Of a DNA stretch of 64,000 bases, positions 52,299 to 64,000 are shown one piece after another. Origin of the DNA: Eledone cirrhosa (lineage: Eukaryota); the NCBI GenBank assembly GCA_964016885.1, contig OZ024746.1, positions 101,246,001 through 101,310,000 of the forward strand, read 5' to 3'. Made by a program: the position numbers and the translations under genes. Positions within the stretch are counted from its first letter, which is position 1. The number at the start of each line of letters is the position of its first letter. A model generated the notes under the pieces. That model worked only from the letters and a program-made list of their open reading frames with translations. It was not told the DNA's origin and did no database searches.

Positions 52299-53064
52299 CT
52301 AGCTTTGTGGCAGCCAAAGTTTGTGAGAAAAATTGCTGAGACATAAACTGTATGGAAGCAATCGAAATGTTCTAAGACTTCAAAGAACCAGTCTTGTCAC
52401 ATCCTGATGGCCCCAGCTTGAGGATTATATTAACAATTATTGCCAAAACTGACAGAGAATCTATTAGAATAAGAAATATATAACAGAATATAGACTTAAG
52501 GTGGCAGAGTTGTTAGAGTGTTACATAGAATGTTCCAGCTCTCTGAGCTCCTTTCATCTGTTCTGAGTCAATAGGGAAAGTAGCAGTCCAGTGCTGGTGC
52601 AATCCCCTCACCTTTTTGTGGTAATGTCCCAGATATGCTGCTGGATTAAGTGTAAGAGAGTGTCCATGTTTGCTGGTGGCACATGGCACTTAAAACCTTT
52701 AGAAAAAATACTAATCCAGTACTGGTGTAGCTCTCCTTTCAGCAGTTACGTTTTGAATGTTCTGCTGAATGGAGGGTGAAGAGGGTGTGTTTGTGGGTAC
52801 AGGGACATCTAAAACAAAAGCATGGTACATACTACTATTATCTTTGATTACAAATGATGGAGGTTTCTTATATATAATCTAATATATGGTAAAAGCCATC
52901 AAATTTGAAGTAAACTCTCAACAAACTTACGACTCAATCTCAATTGTAACCACTTAATTTATGTCACTTATGTTCTTAGGTGACCATTAGTCCCTCACAT
53001 CTTCCTTCTCTCTAAGTTGGAGCCACTCACTATGTAAACAATATTTATACAATTACATTTAAAA

Positions 53065-53370
53065 CATACAATACACACATTTACATACACACACACATAT
53101 ACATACACACATACACATATACATATTTACATACACACATTTACACATATTTATACATATTCACATATATGTACACACATTCACATATACATATACATTC
53201 ACATACACATTCACACATACATACACACATACATACACACATTCACATATACACACACTCATTCACACATACAATACACATAACACATACATTCACACAA
53301 ACACACATTCACACATACACACATTCACACACACACACACATCACACATACATACACATACACCACATGC
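53065..53370. repeat. (CA/CATA)n-rich microsatellite
   Basis: Direct reading. Confidence 0.9.
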
Positions 53371-54030
53371 CAACAATGTTATTTTAATGTGAAATCCCGC
53401 TAAACTGGGTCAGAAACGCCCATCCAACAATGTCTGCTCCACATTTTAAAGATCAAATAATGCCAGAGACATCCTATTTCTCCTTTAAATTCAAATAATT
53501 CTTTAGTTTAAATTGTAGAAACTGAAATTAATATCTTTGCTTAAATAAAAGAAACATTTGCTTAACAAACAATGAGATGATCCAATGAAGGAACCTCAAA
53601 TTTGGTAGAAATAGCAGCTAAATCTCCTTCAAATAACACTATTGCTTTAGCAAGGGTGTAAAAAGAAGGGATGATCACAGATGTAATACAGACACACACA
53701 CTAACCAAGGAAGAATCACACACACACACTAACATCCATTTGTTATATTACTCTCAGCTGATGTGTCTTGTCATAGAATATCACAAGAAACTCTTGACAA
53801 ATTCTAGTGAGATCATTTTTCCTTTGTCATTCCTTCTTTCATAAATCATGTACTTCTCACCTGCATTTGTCAAAATATCCATAGTAAAGCTTTCTCCACA
53901 TTTACACTTATCAAATGTCACTTCTATTTTTAGTTGTAACTTATACACTAGATATTATCAAGATCCTTTTAAATTATTTTCACAAAGTCATTATTCCTTG
54001 TTAGATGAGGATCAATAATAATGTTGGCTT

Positions 54031-57000
54031 TAGGACTACCTGTCCTAGCTAACCAAGTGTGAGGAATACCTGTCCTAGCTAACCAAGTGTGAGGACTACC
54101 TGTCCTAGCTAACCAAGTGTGAGGAATACCTGTCCTAGCTAACCAAGTGTGAGGACTACCTGTCCTAGCTAACCAAGTGTGAGGACTACCTGTCCTAGCT
54201 AACCAAGTGTGGGGCTTACCTGTCCTAGCTAACCAAGTGTGAGGACTACCTGCCCTAGCTAACCAAGTGTGGGGCTTACCTGTCCTAGCTAACCAAGTGT
54301 GAGGACTACCTGTCCTAGCTAACCAAGTGTGAGGACTACCTGTCCTAGCTAACCAAGTGTGAGGACTACCTGTCCTAGCTAACCAAGTGTGGGGCTTACC
54401 TGTCCTAGCCAGCCAAGTGTGAGGACTACCTGTCCTAGCTAACCAAGTGTGAGGACTACCTGTCCTAGCTAACCAAGTGTGAGGACTACCTGTCCTAGCT
54501 AACCAAGTGTGAGGACTACCTGTCCTAGCTAACCAAGTGTGAGGACTACCTGTTCTAGCTAACCAAGTGTGAGGACTACCTGCCCTAGCTAACCAAGCGT
54601 GAGGACTACCTGTCCTAGCTAACCAAGTGTGAGGACTACCTGTCCTAGCCAGCCAAGTGTGAGGACTACCTGTCCTAGCTAACCAAGTGTGGGGCCTACC
54701 TGTCCTAGCTAACCAAGTGTGAGGACTACCTGCCCTAGCTAACCAAGTGTGAGGACTACCTGTCCTAGCCAGCCAAGTGTGAGGACTACCTGTACTAGCT
54801 AACCAAGTGTGGGGCCTACCTGTCCTAGCTAACCAAGTGTGAGGACTACCTGCCCTAGCTAACCAAATGTGAGGACTACCTGTTCTAGCTAACCAAGTGT
54901 GAGGACTACCTGTCCTAGCTAACCAAGCGTGAGGACTACCTGTCCTAGCTAACCAAGTGTGAGGACTACCTGTCCTAGCTAACCAAGTGTGAGGACTACC
55001 TGTCCTAGCCAGCCAAGTGTGAGGGCTACCTGTCCTAGCTAACCAAGTGTGAGGACTACCTGTCCTAGCTAACCAAGTGTGAGGACTACCTGTCCTAGCT
55101 AACCAAGTGTGAGGACTACCTGTCCTAGCTAACCAAGCGTGAGGACTACCTGTCCTAGCTAACCAAGTGTGAGGACTACCTGTCCTAGCTAACCAAGTGT
55201 GAGGACTACCTGTCCTAGCCAGCCAAGTGTGAGGGCTACCTGTCCTAGCTAACCAAGTGTGAGGACTACCTGTCCTAGCTAACCAAGTGTGAGGACTACC
55301 TGTCCTAGCTAACCAAGTGTGAGGACTACCTGTCCTAGCTAACCAAGCGTGAGGGCTACCTGTCCTAGCTAACCAAGCGTGAGGACTACCTGTCCTAGCT
55401 AACCAAGTGTGAGGACTACCTGTCCTAGCCAGCCAAGTGTGAGGACTACCTGTCCTAGCTAACCAAGTGTGGGGCCTACCTGTCCTAGCTAACCAAGTGT
55501 GAGGACTACCTGCCCTAGCTAACCAAGTGTGAGGACTACCTATCCTAGCTAACCAAGTGTGAGGACTACCTGTTCTAGCTAACCAAGTGTGAGGACTACC
55601 TGTCCTAGCTAACCAAGCGTGAGGACTACCTGTCCTAGCTAACCAAGTGTGAGGACTACCTGCCCTAGCTAACCAAGTGTGAGGACTACCTGTCCTAGCT
55701 AACCAAGTGTGAGGACTACCTGTCCTACTCAGCCAAGTGTGAGGGCTACCTGTCCTAGCTAACCAAGTGTGAGGACTACCTGTCCTAGCTAACCAAGTGT
55801 GAGGACTACCTGTCCTAGCTAACCAAGTGTGAGGACTACCTGTCCTAGCTAACCAAGTGTGAGGACTACCTGTCCTAGCTAACCAAGTGTGAGGACTACC
55901 TGTCCTAGCTAACCAAGTGTGAGGACTACCTGTCCTAGCTAACCAAGTGTGGGGACTACCTGTCCTAGCTAACCAAGTGTGAGGACTACCTGTTCTAGCC
56001 AGCCAAGCGTGAGAACTACCTGTCCTAGCTAACCAAGTGTGAGGACTACCTGTCCTAGCCAGCCAAGTGTGAGGACTACCTGTCCTAGCTAACCAAGTGT
56101 GAGGACTACCTGTCCTAGCTAACCAAGTGTGAGGGCTACCTGTCCTAGCTAACCAAATGTGAGGACTACCTGCCCTAGCTAACCAAGTGTGAGGGCTACC
56201 TGTCCTAGCTAACCAAGTGTGAGGACTACCTGTCCTAGCCAGCCAAGTGTGAGGACTACCTGTTCTAGCTAACCAAGTGTGAGGGCTACCTGTCCTAGCT
56301 AACCAACTGTGAGGACTACCTGTTCCAGCTAACCAAGCGTGGGGGGTACCTGCCCTAGCTAACCAACTGTGAGGACTACCTGTTCTAGCTAACCAAGCAT
56401 GGGGCCTACCTGTCCTAGCTAACCAAGTGTGAGGACTACCTGTCCTAGCTAACCAAGTGTGAGGACTACCTGCCCTAGCTAACCAAATGTGAGGACTACC
56501 TGTCCTAGCTAACCAAGTGTGAGGACTACCTGTTCTAGCTAACCAAGTGTGAGGACTACCTGTCCTAGCTAACCAAGCGTGAGGACTACCTGTCCTAGCT
56601 AACCAAGTGTGAGGACTACCTGTCCTAGCTAACCAAGTGTGAGGACTACCTGTCCTAGCCAGCCAAGCGTGAGGGCTACCTGTCCTAGCTAACCAAGTGT
56701 GAGGACTACCTGTCCTAGCTAACCAAGTGTGAGGACTACCTGTCCTAGCTAACCAAGCGTGAGGGCTACCTGTCCTAGCTAACCAAGCGTGAGGACTACC
56801 TGTCCTAGCTAACCAAGTGTGAGGACTACCTGTCCTAGCTAACCAAGTGTGAGGACTACCTGTCCTAGCCAGCCAAGTGTGAGGACTACCTGTCCTAGCT
56901 AACCAAGTGTGGGGCCTACCTGTCCTAGCAAACCAAGTGTGAGGACTACCTGCCCTAGCTAACCAAGTGTGAGGGCTACCTGTCCTAGCTAACCAAGTGT

Positions 57001-60000
57001 GAGGACTACCTGTCTTCGCTAACCAAGTGTGAGGACTACCTGTTCTAGCTAACCAAGTGTGAGGACTACCTGTCCTAGCTAACCAAGTGTGAGGGCTACC
57101 TGTCCTAGCCAGCCAAGTGTGAGGGCTACCTGTCCTAGCTAACCAAGTGTAAGGACTACCTGTCTTAGCTAACCAAGTGTGAGGACTACCTGTCCTAGCT
57201 AACCAACTGTGGGGCCTACCTGTCCTAGCCAGCCAAGTGTGAGGACTACCTGTTCTTGCTAACCAAGCGTGAGGGCTACCTGTCCTAGCCAGCCAAGTGT
57301 GAGGACTACCTGTCCTAGCTAACCAAGTGTGAGGACTACCTGTCCTAGCTAACCAAGTGTGAGGACTACCTGTCCTAGCTAACCAAGTGTGGGGCCTACC
57401 TGTCCTAGCCAGCCAAGTGTGAGGACTACCTGTCCTAGCTAACCAAGTGTGAGGACTACCTGTCCTAGCTAACCAAGTGTGAGGACTACCTGTCCTAGCT
57501 AACCAAGTGTGGGGCCTACCTGTCCTAGCCAGCCAAGTGTGAGGACTACCTGTCCTAGCTAACCAAGCGTGAGGGCTACCTGTCCTAGCCAGCCAAGTGT
57601 GAGGACTACCTGTCCTAGCTAACCAAGTGTGAGGACTACCTGTCCTAGCTAACCAAGTGTGGGGCCTACCTGTCCTAGCCAGCCAAGTGTGAGGACTACC
57701 TGTCCTAGCTAACCAAGTGTGAGGACTACCTGTCCTAGCTAACCAAGTGTGGGGCCTACCTGTCCTAGCCAGCCAAGTGTGAGGACTACCTGTCCTAGCT
57801 AACCAAGCGTGAGGGCTACCTGTTCTAGCCAGCCAAGCGTGAGAACTACCTGTCCTTGCTAACCAAGCGTGAGGGCTACCTGTCCTAGCCAGCCAAGTGT
57901 GAGGACTACCTGTCCTAGCTAACCAAGTGTGAGGACTACCTGTCCTAGCTAACCAAGTGTGAGGACTACCTGTCCTAGCTAACCAAGTGTGGGGCCTACC
58001 TGTCCTAGCCAGCCAAGCGTGAGGACTACCTGTCCTAGCTAACCAAGCGTGAGGGCTACCTGTCCTAGCCAGCCAAGTGTGAGGACTACCTGTCCTAGCT
58101 AACCAAGTGTGAGGACTACCTGTCCTAGCTAACCAAGTGTGGGGCCTACCTGTCCTAGCCAGCCAAGTGTGAGGACTACCTGTCCTAGCTAACCAAGTGT
58201 GAGGACTACCTGTCCTAGCTAACCAAGTGTGGGGCCTACCTGTCCTAGCCAGCCAAGTGTGAGGACTACCTGTCCTAGCTAACCAAGCGTGAGAACTACC
58301 TGTCCTTGCTAACCAAGCGTGAGGGCTACCTGTCCTAGCCAGCCAAGTGTGAGGACTACCTGTCCTAGCTAACCAAGTGTGAGGACTACCTGTCCTAGCT
58401 AACCAAGTGTGAGGACTACCTGTCCTAGCTAACCAAGTGTGGGGCCTACCTGTCCTAGCCAGCCAAGTGTGAGGGCTACCTGTCCTAGCTAACCAAGTGT
58501 GAGGACTACCTGTCCTATCTAACCAAGTGTGAGGACTACCTGTCCTAGCTAACCAAGTGTGGGGCCTACCTGTCCTAGCTAACCAAGTGTGAGGACTACC
58601 TGTCCTAGCTAACCAAGTGTGAGGACTACCTGTCCTAGCTAACCAAGTGTGAGGACTACCTGTCCTAGCTAACCAAGTGTGAGGACTACCTGTCCTATCT
58701 AACCAAGTGTGAGGACTACCTGTCCTAGCTAACCAAGTGTGGGGCCTACCTGTCCTAGCTAACCAAGTGTGAGGACTACCTGTCCTAGCTAACCAAGTGT
58801 GGGGCCTACCTGTCCTAGCTAAGCAAGTGTGAGGACTACCTGTCCTAGCTAACCAAGTGTGAGGACTACCTGTCCTAGCTAACCAAGTGTGAGGACTACC
58901 TGTGCTAGCTAACCAAGTGTGAGGACTACCTGTCCTAGCTAACCAAGTGAGGGGCTTATCTGTCCTAGCCAGCCAAGTGTGAGGGCTACCTGTCCTAGCC
59001 AGCCAAGTGTGAGGACTACCTGTCCTAGCTAACCAAGTGTGAGGACTACCTGTCCTAGCCAGCCAAGCGTGAGGACTACCTGTCCTAGCTAACCAAGTGT
59101 GGGGTCTACCTGCCCTAGCTAACCAAGTGTGAGGACTACCTGCCCTAGCTAACCAAGTGTGATGGCTACCTGTTCTAGCTAACCAAGCGTGAGGGCTACC
59201 TGTCCTAGCTAACCAAGTGTGGGGCCTACCTGTCCTAGCTAACCAAGCGTGAGGGCTACCTGTCCTAGCTAACCAAGCGTGAGGACTACCTGTCCTAGCT
59301 AACCAAGTGTGAGGACTACCTGTCCTAGCTAACCAAGTGTGAGGACTACCTGTCCTAGCCAGCCAAGTGTGAGGACTACCTGTCCTAGCTAACCAAGTGT
59401 GGGGCCTACCTGTCCTAGCAAACCAAGTGTGAGGACTACCTGCCCTAGCTAACCAAGTGTGAGGGCTACCTGTCCTAGCTAACCAAGTGTGAGGACTACC
59501 TGTCTTCGCTAACCAAGTGTGAGGACTACCTGTTCTAGCTAACCAAGTGTGAGGACTACCTGTCCTAGCTAACCAAGTGTGAGGGCTACCTGTCCTAGCC
59601 AGCCAAGTGTGAGGGCTACCTGTCCTAGCTAACCAAGTGTAAGGACTACCTGTCTTAGCTAACCAAGTGTGAGGACTACCTGTCCTAGCTAACCAACTGT
59701 GGGGCCTACCTGTCCTAGCCAGCCAAGTGTGAGGACTACCTGTTCTTGCTAACCAAGCGTGAGGGCTACCTGTCCTAGCCAGCCAAGTGTGAGGACTACC
59801 TGTCCTAGCTAACCAAGTGTGAGGACTACCTGTCCTAGCTAACCAAGTGTGAGGACTACCTGTCCTAGCTAACCAAGTGTGGGGCCTACCTGTCCTAGCC
59901 AGCCAAGTGTGAGGACTACCTGTCCTAGCTAACCAAGTGTGAGGACTACCTGTCCTAGCTAACCAAGTGTGAGGACTACCTGTCCTAGCTAACCAAGTGT

Positions 60001-61968
60001 GGGGCCTACCTGTCCTAGCCAGCCAAGTGTGAGGACTACCTGTCCTAGCTAACCAAGCGTGAGGGCTACCTGTCCTAGCCAGCCAAGTGTGAGGACTACC
60101 TGTCCTAGCTAACCAAGTGTGAGGACTACCTGTCCTAGCTAACCAAGTGTGGGGCCTACCTGTCCTAGCCAGCCAAGTGTGAGGACTACCTGTCCTAGCT
60201 AACCAAGTGTGAGGACTACCTGTCCTAGCTAACCAAGTGTGGGGCCTACCTGTCCTAGCCAGCCAAGTGTGAGGACTACCTGTCCTAGCTAACCAAGCGT
60301 GAGGGCTACCTGTTCTAGCCAGCCAAGCGTGAGAACTACCTGTCCTTGCTAACCAAGCGTGAGGGCTACCTGTCCTAGCCAGCCAAGTGTGAGGACTACC
60401 TGTCCTAGCTAACCAAGTGTGAGGACTACCTGTCCTAGCTAACCAAGTGTGAGGACTACCTGTCCTAGCTAACCAAGTGTGGGGCCTACCTGTCCTAGCC
60501 AGCCAAGCGTGAGGACTACCTGTCCTAGCTAACCAAGCGTGAGGGCTACCTGTCCTAGCCAGCCAAGTGTGAGGACTACCTGTCCTAGCTAACCAAGTGT
60601 GAGGACTACCTGTCCTAGCTAACCAAGTGTGAGGACTACCTGTCCTAGCTAACCAAGTGTGGGGCCTACCTGTCCTAGCCAGCCAAGTGTGAGGGCTACC
60701 TGTCCTAGCTAACCAAGTGTGAGGACTACCTGTCCTATCTAACCAAGTGTGAGGACTACCTGTCCTAGCTAACCAAGTGTGGGGCCTACCTGTCCTAGCT
60801 AACCAAGTGTGAGGACTACCTGTCCTAGCTAACCAAGTGTGAGGACTACCTGTCCTAGCTAACCAAGTGTGAGGACTACCTGTCCTAGCTAACCAAGTGT
60901 GAGGACTACCTGTCCTATCTAACCAAGTGTGAGGACTACCTGTCCTAGCTAACCAAGTGTGGGGCCTACCTGTCCTAGCTAACCAAGTGTGAGGACTACC
61001 TGTCCTAGCTAACCAAGTGTGGGGCCTACCTGTCCTAGCTAAGCAAGTGTGAGGACTACCTGTCCTAGCTAACCAAGTGTGAGGACTACCTGTCCTAGCT
61101 AACCAAGTGTGAGGACTACCTGTGCTAGCTAACCAAGTGTGAGGACTACCTGTCCTAGCTAACCAAGTGAGGGGCTTATCTGTCCTAGCCAGCCAAGTGT
61201 GAGGGCTACCTGTCCTAGCCAGCCAAGTGTGAGGACTACCTGTCCTAGCTAACCAAGTGTGAGGACTACCTGTCCTAGCCAGCCAAGCGTGAGGACTACC
61301 TGTCCTAGCTAACCAAGTGTGGGGTCTACCTGCCCTAGCTAACCAAGTGTGAGGACTACCTGCCCTAGCTAACCAAGTGTGATGGCTACCTGTTCTAGCT
61401 AACCAAGCGTGAGGGCTACCTGTCCTAGCTAACCAAGTGTGGGGCCTACCTGTCCTAGCTAACCAAGTGTGAGGGCTACCTGTCCTAGCTAACCAAGTGT
61501 GTGACCTACCTGTCCTAGCTAACCAAGTGTGAGGGCTACCTGTCCTAACCAGCCAAGTGTGAGGACTACCTGCCCTAGCTAACCAAGTGTGAGGACTACC
61601 TGTCCTAGCTAACCAAGTGTGAGGACTACCTGTCCTAGCTAACCAAGTGTGAGGACTACCTGTCCTAGCCAGCCAAGTGTGAGGACTACCTGTCCTAGGT
61701 AACCAATTGTGAGGGCTACCTGTCCTAGCTAACCAAGTGTGAGGACTACCTGCCCTAGCTAACCAAGTGTGAGGACTACCTGCCCTAACTAACCAAGTGT
61801 GAGGACTACCTGCCCTAGCTAACCAAGTGTGAGGACTACCTGTCCTAGCTAACCAAGTGTGAGGAGTACCTGTCCTAGCCAGCCAAGTGTGAGGACTACC
61901 TGTCCTAGCCAGCCATGTGTGAGGGCTACCTGTCCTAGCCAGCCATGTGTGAGGGCTACCTGTCCTAG
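54031..61968. repeat. 30-bp satellite (gaggactacctgtcctagctaaccaagtgt), ~264 copies
   Basis: Strict 30-bp period with substitution variants only. Confidence 0.99.
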
Positions 61969-62534
61969 GGAGTCAGGTGATGGGTTTGATCATACTGTGT
62001 GGAATCTTGGGAAAGTTTCTTTAATATAACTTCAGTTGTGAAATTAGGTAGACTGAAACTGGAAACTCATTAGATGGACTGCACCTGTAATTCATACCCA
62101 TATCACATATTGTGTCAAACTTATTCAGCTTGGTCATTACATTCAGGGTAGTCAAGGAGTTACATGTGTGAGCGAGTAAGTTGAGCAAACAACCAAACAA
62201 TAGAATACTTATCAAAACTAACATTAGAGAGAGAGAGAGACAGAGAGCTAATCATGGTCAAAACATTCTTGCTAGTTCAATCAATCTAGTAGTAACTATA
62301 TATCAAAGATGGCTGCTGCTGCAAGGTACTTGGCAGAACTAATAAAAATATATTTTTTCAATTGCTCCTATAAAGGCCAATAAGATGTGAAATCAGAAAT
62401 CAGTTTCAAATCAGACCACCCAATCATCAATGTCAGAACCAATGAGTGTGTATATTGGGGGCTGAGAGAGACTTGTAGCACCAATGGCAAATTGTAAGTG
62501 CATAAGAACCTTTGGGGCGGATAGAACTAGTTTA

Positions 62535-62668
62535 AAAGATGAGTATTGACCATGTACGTCAATACTCATCTTTTTCCATTTCTCCGAGGGTTCTTAACCC
62601 CACTATCAGGCTAAATAATTTCTTTAATTTCTTTAGTCAAAATACGGCGATAGCTTACATTTCTAATA
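62535..62668. mobile_element. Short element of the 25066-25415 family with small 5' hairpin
   Basis: aaaagatgagtattgac catgtac gtcaatactcatctttt...gagggttcttaaccccactatcaggctaaa...ttctaat, then (TA)n. Confidence 0.8.
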
Positions 62669-62757
62669 ATATATATATATATGAAACAGTTCTAGTCCTG
62701 TAGAAGCTCTTCTATATTCTATATTAAAATATATATATATATATTTTAATATAGAAG

Positions 62758-62808
62758 AGCTTCTACAGGACTAGAACTGTTTCATTCTTGAGAAATCATC
62801 AGGAAGCT
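62758..62808 (-). ncRNA. Type I hammerhead ribozyme with stable helix III
   Basis: agcttc CTGATGA t ttc tcaa gaa t GAA ACAG ttctagtc CTGT A gaagct: 6-bp stem I, 4-bp stem III, GUA triplet. Confidence 0.82.
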
Positions 62809-63243
62809 GGCTGTCCAAGTAAATGGTAGTATTTATGTCTTTCCTTATCTGGTGGTAGGAGAGGGTGGGGATTAGGATGGGTGGAGGTCATTGGTTGAAG
62901 GATTTAAAGGAAGGGGATTCATTAAAAGCTAATTCTTTAAAGCTAATTCTTTAAGGCTAAAATGAGGGTGACAAAGGCAGAAAAGGTTCCATCAACAGAT
63001 TCAAGTGTTGGGGTGAACCCCCTATTGTGAAGTTTCTCTTAATATATATTCCAGGTGTCGACAAACACATTGACACATGCGCCCACTTACACACGTACAC
63101 ACACTTACACGCACGTACAGGCACACACACAACAAACATACATAATGGTACATACACACATACATACATACAAATACATACATACACATATACATATATA
63201 TGTGTACATACATACGCACACATATACATATATATATATATAT

Positions 63244-63614
63244 ATATTTATTAAAATAACAGATTAAAGTTTAAGCAAAGAATCGCTGCTTTCAGCCAGA
63301 GAACGTCTCTATGAACCACCTAAGAGAACATTAGTCTACGACCTCTTTTATACCATAAACGTGGTTCTGTCTTTGCGCGTAATTGTTTTTCACCGCTCCT
63401 ATTAATGACGTATTATATTCGTTTTTTCCCGTTCTTTGTCAGGGAACGTTTCCACGAACCAAAGTATCGTCTTCCTGTCTTCCTCCGGTTGCAACGTTTT
63501 TTGAAATATCCACTTCTGCGTTTACAGATTGACTTTGTTAGTTTCAGAAGATCCCGTTAAGGGTGAAAGCAGCGATTCTTTGCTTAAACTTTAATCTGTT
63601 ATTTTAATAAATAT
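63244..63614 (+). mobile_element. Fold-back element with 51-bp inverted arms and hammerhead (63540-63590, one core substitution)
   Basis: Arms 63244-63294 / 63564-63614. agttt CAGAAGA t ccc gttaa ggg t GAA AGCA gcgattctt TGCT T aaact. Confidence 0.75.
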
Positions 63615-63697
63615 TTGCTCTACAGTTCTTATATATTTGATATATATTTATCCTTATCGAGCCCTCTTTGGATTTTAGTCTTCAAATTTATTATTAT

Positions 63698-63738
<41 letters not shown>

Positions 63739-63769
63739 AAGAATCAAAGAACTGTTCAAAACATTATTG

Positions 63770-63816
63770 TGCTTACAGCTGTTTCCTCCAAACCGAGGTT
63801 TGGATTCTTCGGAGCA
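63770..63816 (-). ncRNA. Type I hammerhead motif (one core substitution)
   Basis: tgct CCGAAGA a tccaaacc tc ggtttgga g GAA ACAGCTGT A agca: long stem II, palindromic helix III, GUA triplet. Follows (TA)n. Confidence 0.72.
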
Positions 63817-64000
63817 ATTTATTAATGCATGGACAGTTATATGACCTCCTTTTCAGCCGAGAGACATACCAAATACATATTCAAACATTGATACATATTC
63901 AAACATTGTGGGTCAACATTCATTACAGAATTTAGAGTGGCAGTACACACTTCGAGATTACATTTATATTAATAGGTACAATCAAAAATCAAAGATATAG

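Noticed and set aside
53861-53940. Possible upstream exon ending cag|gtgag on minus strand
   Set aside because: Good donor, but no convincing acceptor or family-like peptide; the phase-0 frame required by exon 37596 contains a stop.
54031-61968. CRISPR-like array of 30-bp repeats
   Set aside because: Units are head-to-tail with no unique spacers, there are no cas genes, and the context is eukaryotic. The same applies to the 34-, 54-, 60- and 66-bp arrays.

Overview
AT-rich, repeat-dense animal genomic DNA. The SINE/RTE repertoire and abundant (TA)n, (CAT)n and (CA)n tracts suggest an octopus/cephalopod, but that is inference. The only host gene I can support is a minus-strand, multi-exon Dbl-family RhoGEF of the puratrophin-1/PLEKHG4 type. 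Four phase-compatible exons are visible (37596-36779, 20662-20417, 3470-3221, 1128-1039), and the gene continues beyond both window edges. The rest is probably intronic. It holds decayed RTE-type LINEs, Tx1/L1 and CRE fragments, two tRNA-derived SINE families, a mariner-like MITE and many minisatellites, including an ~8 kb 30-mer array. It also holds a Naiad-type Penelope-like element (RT + GIY-YIG) with inverted pseudo-LTRs carrying hammerhead ribozymes. The most striking signal is about ten further type I hammerhead or hammerhead-like motifs from several unrelated short non-coding elements. These sit in or next to (TA)n tracts, as partial tandem (retrozyme-like) or fold-back structures whose inversion points repeatedly fall at the ribozyme core. 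All ribozyme calls come from manual base-pairing, not covariance-model searches.
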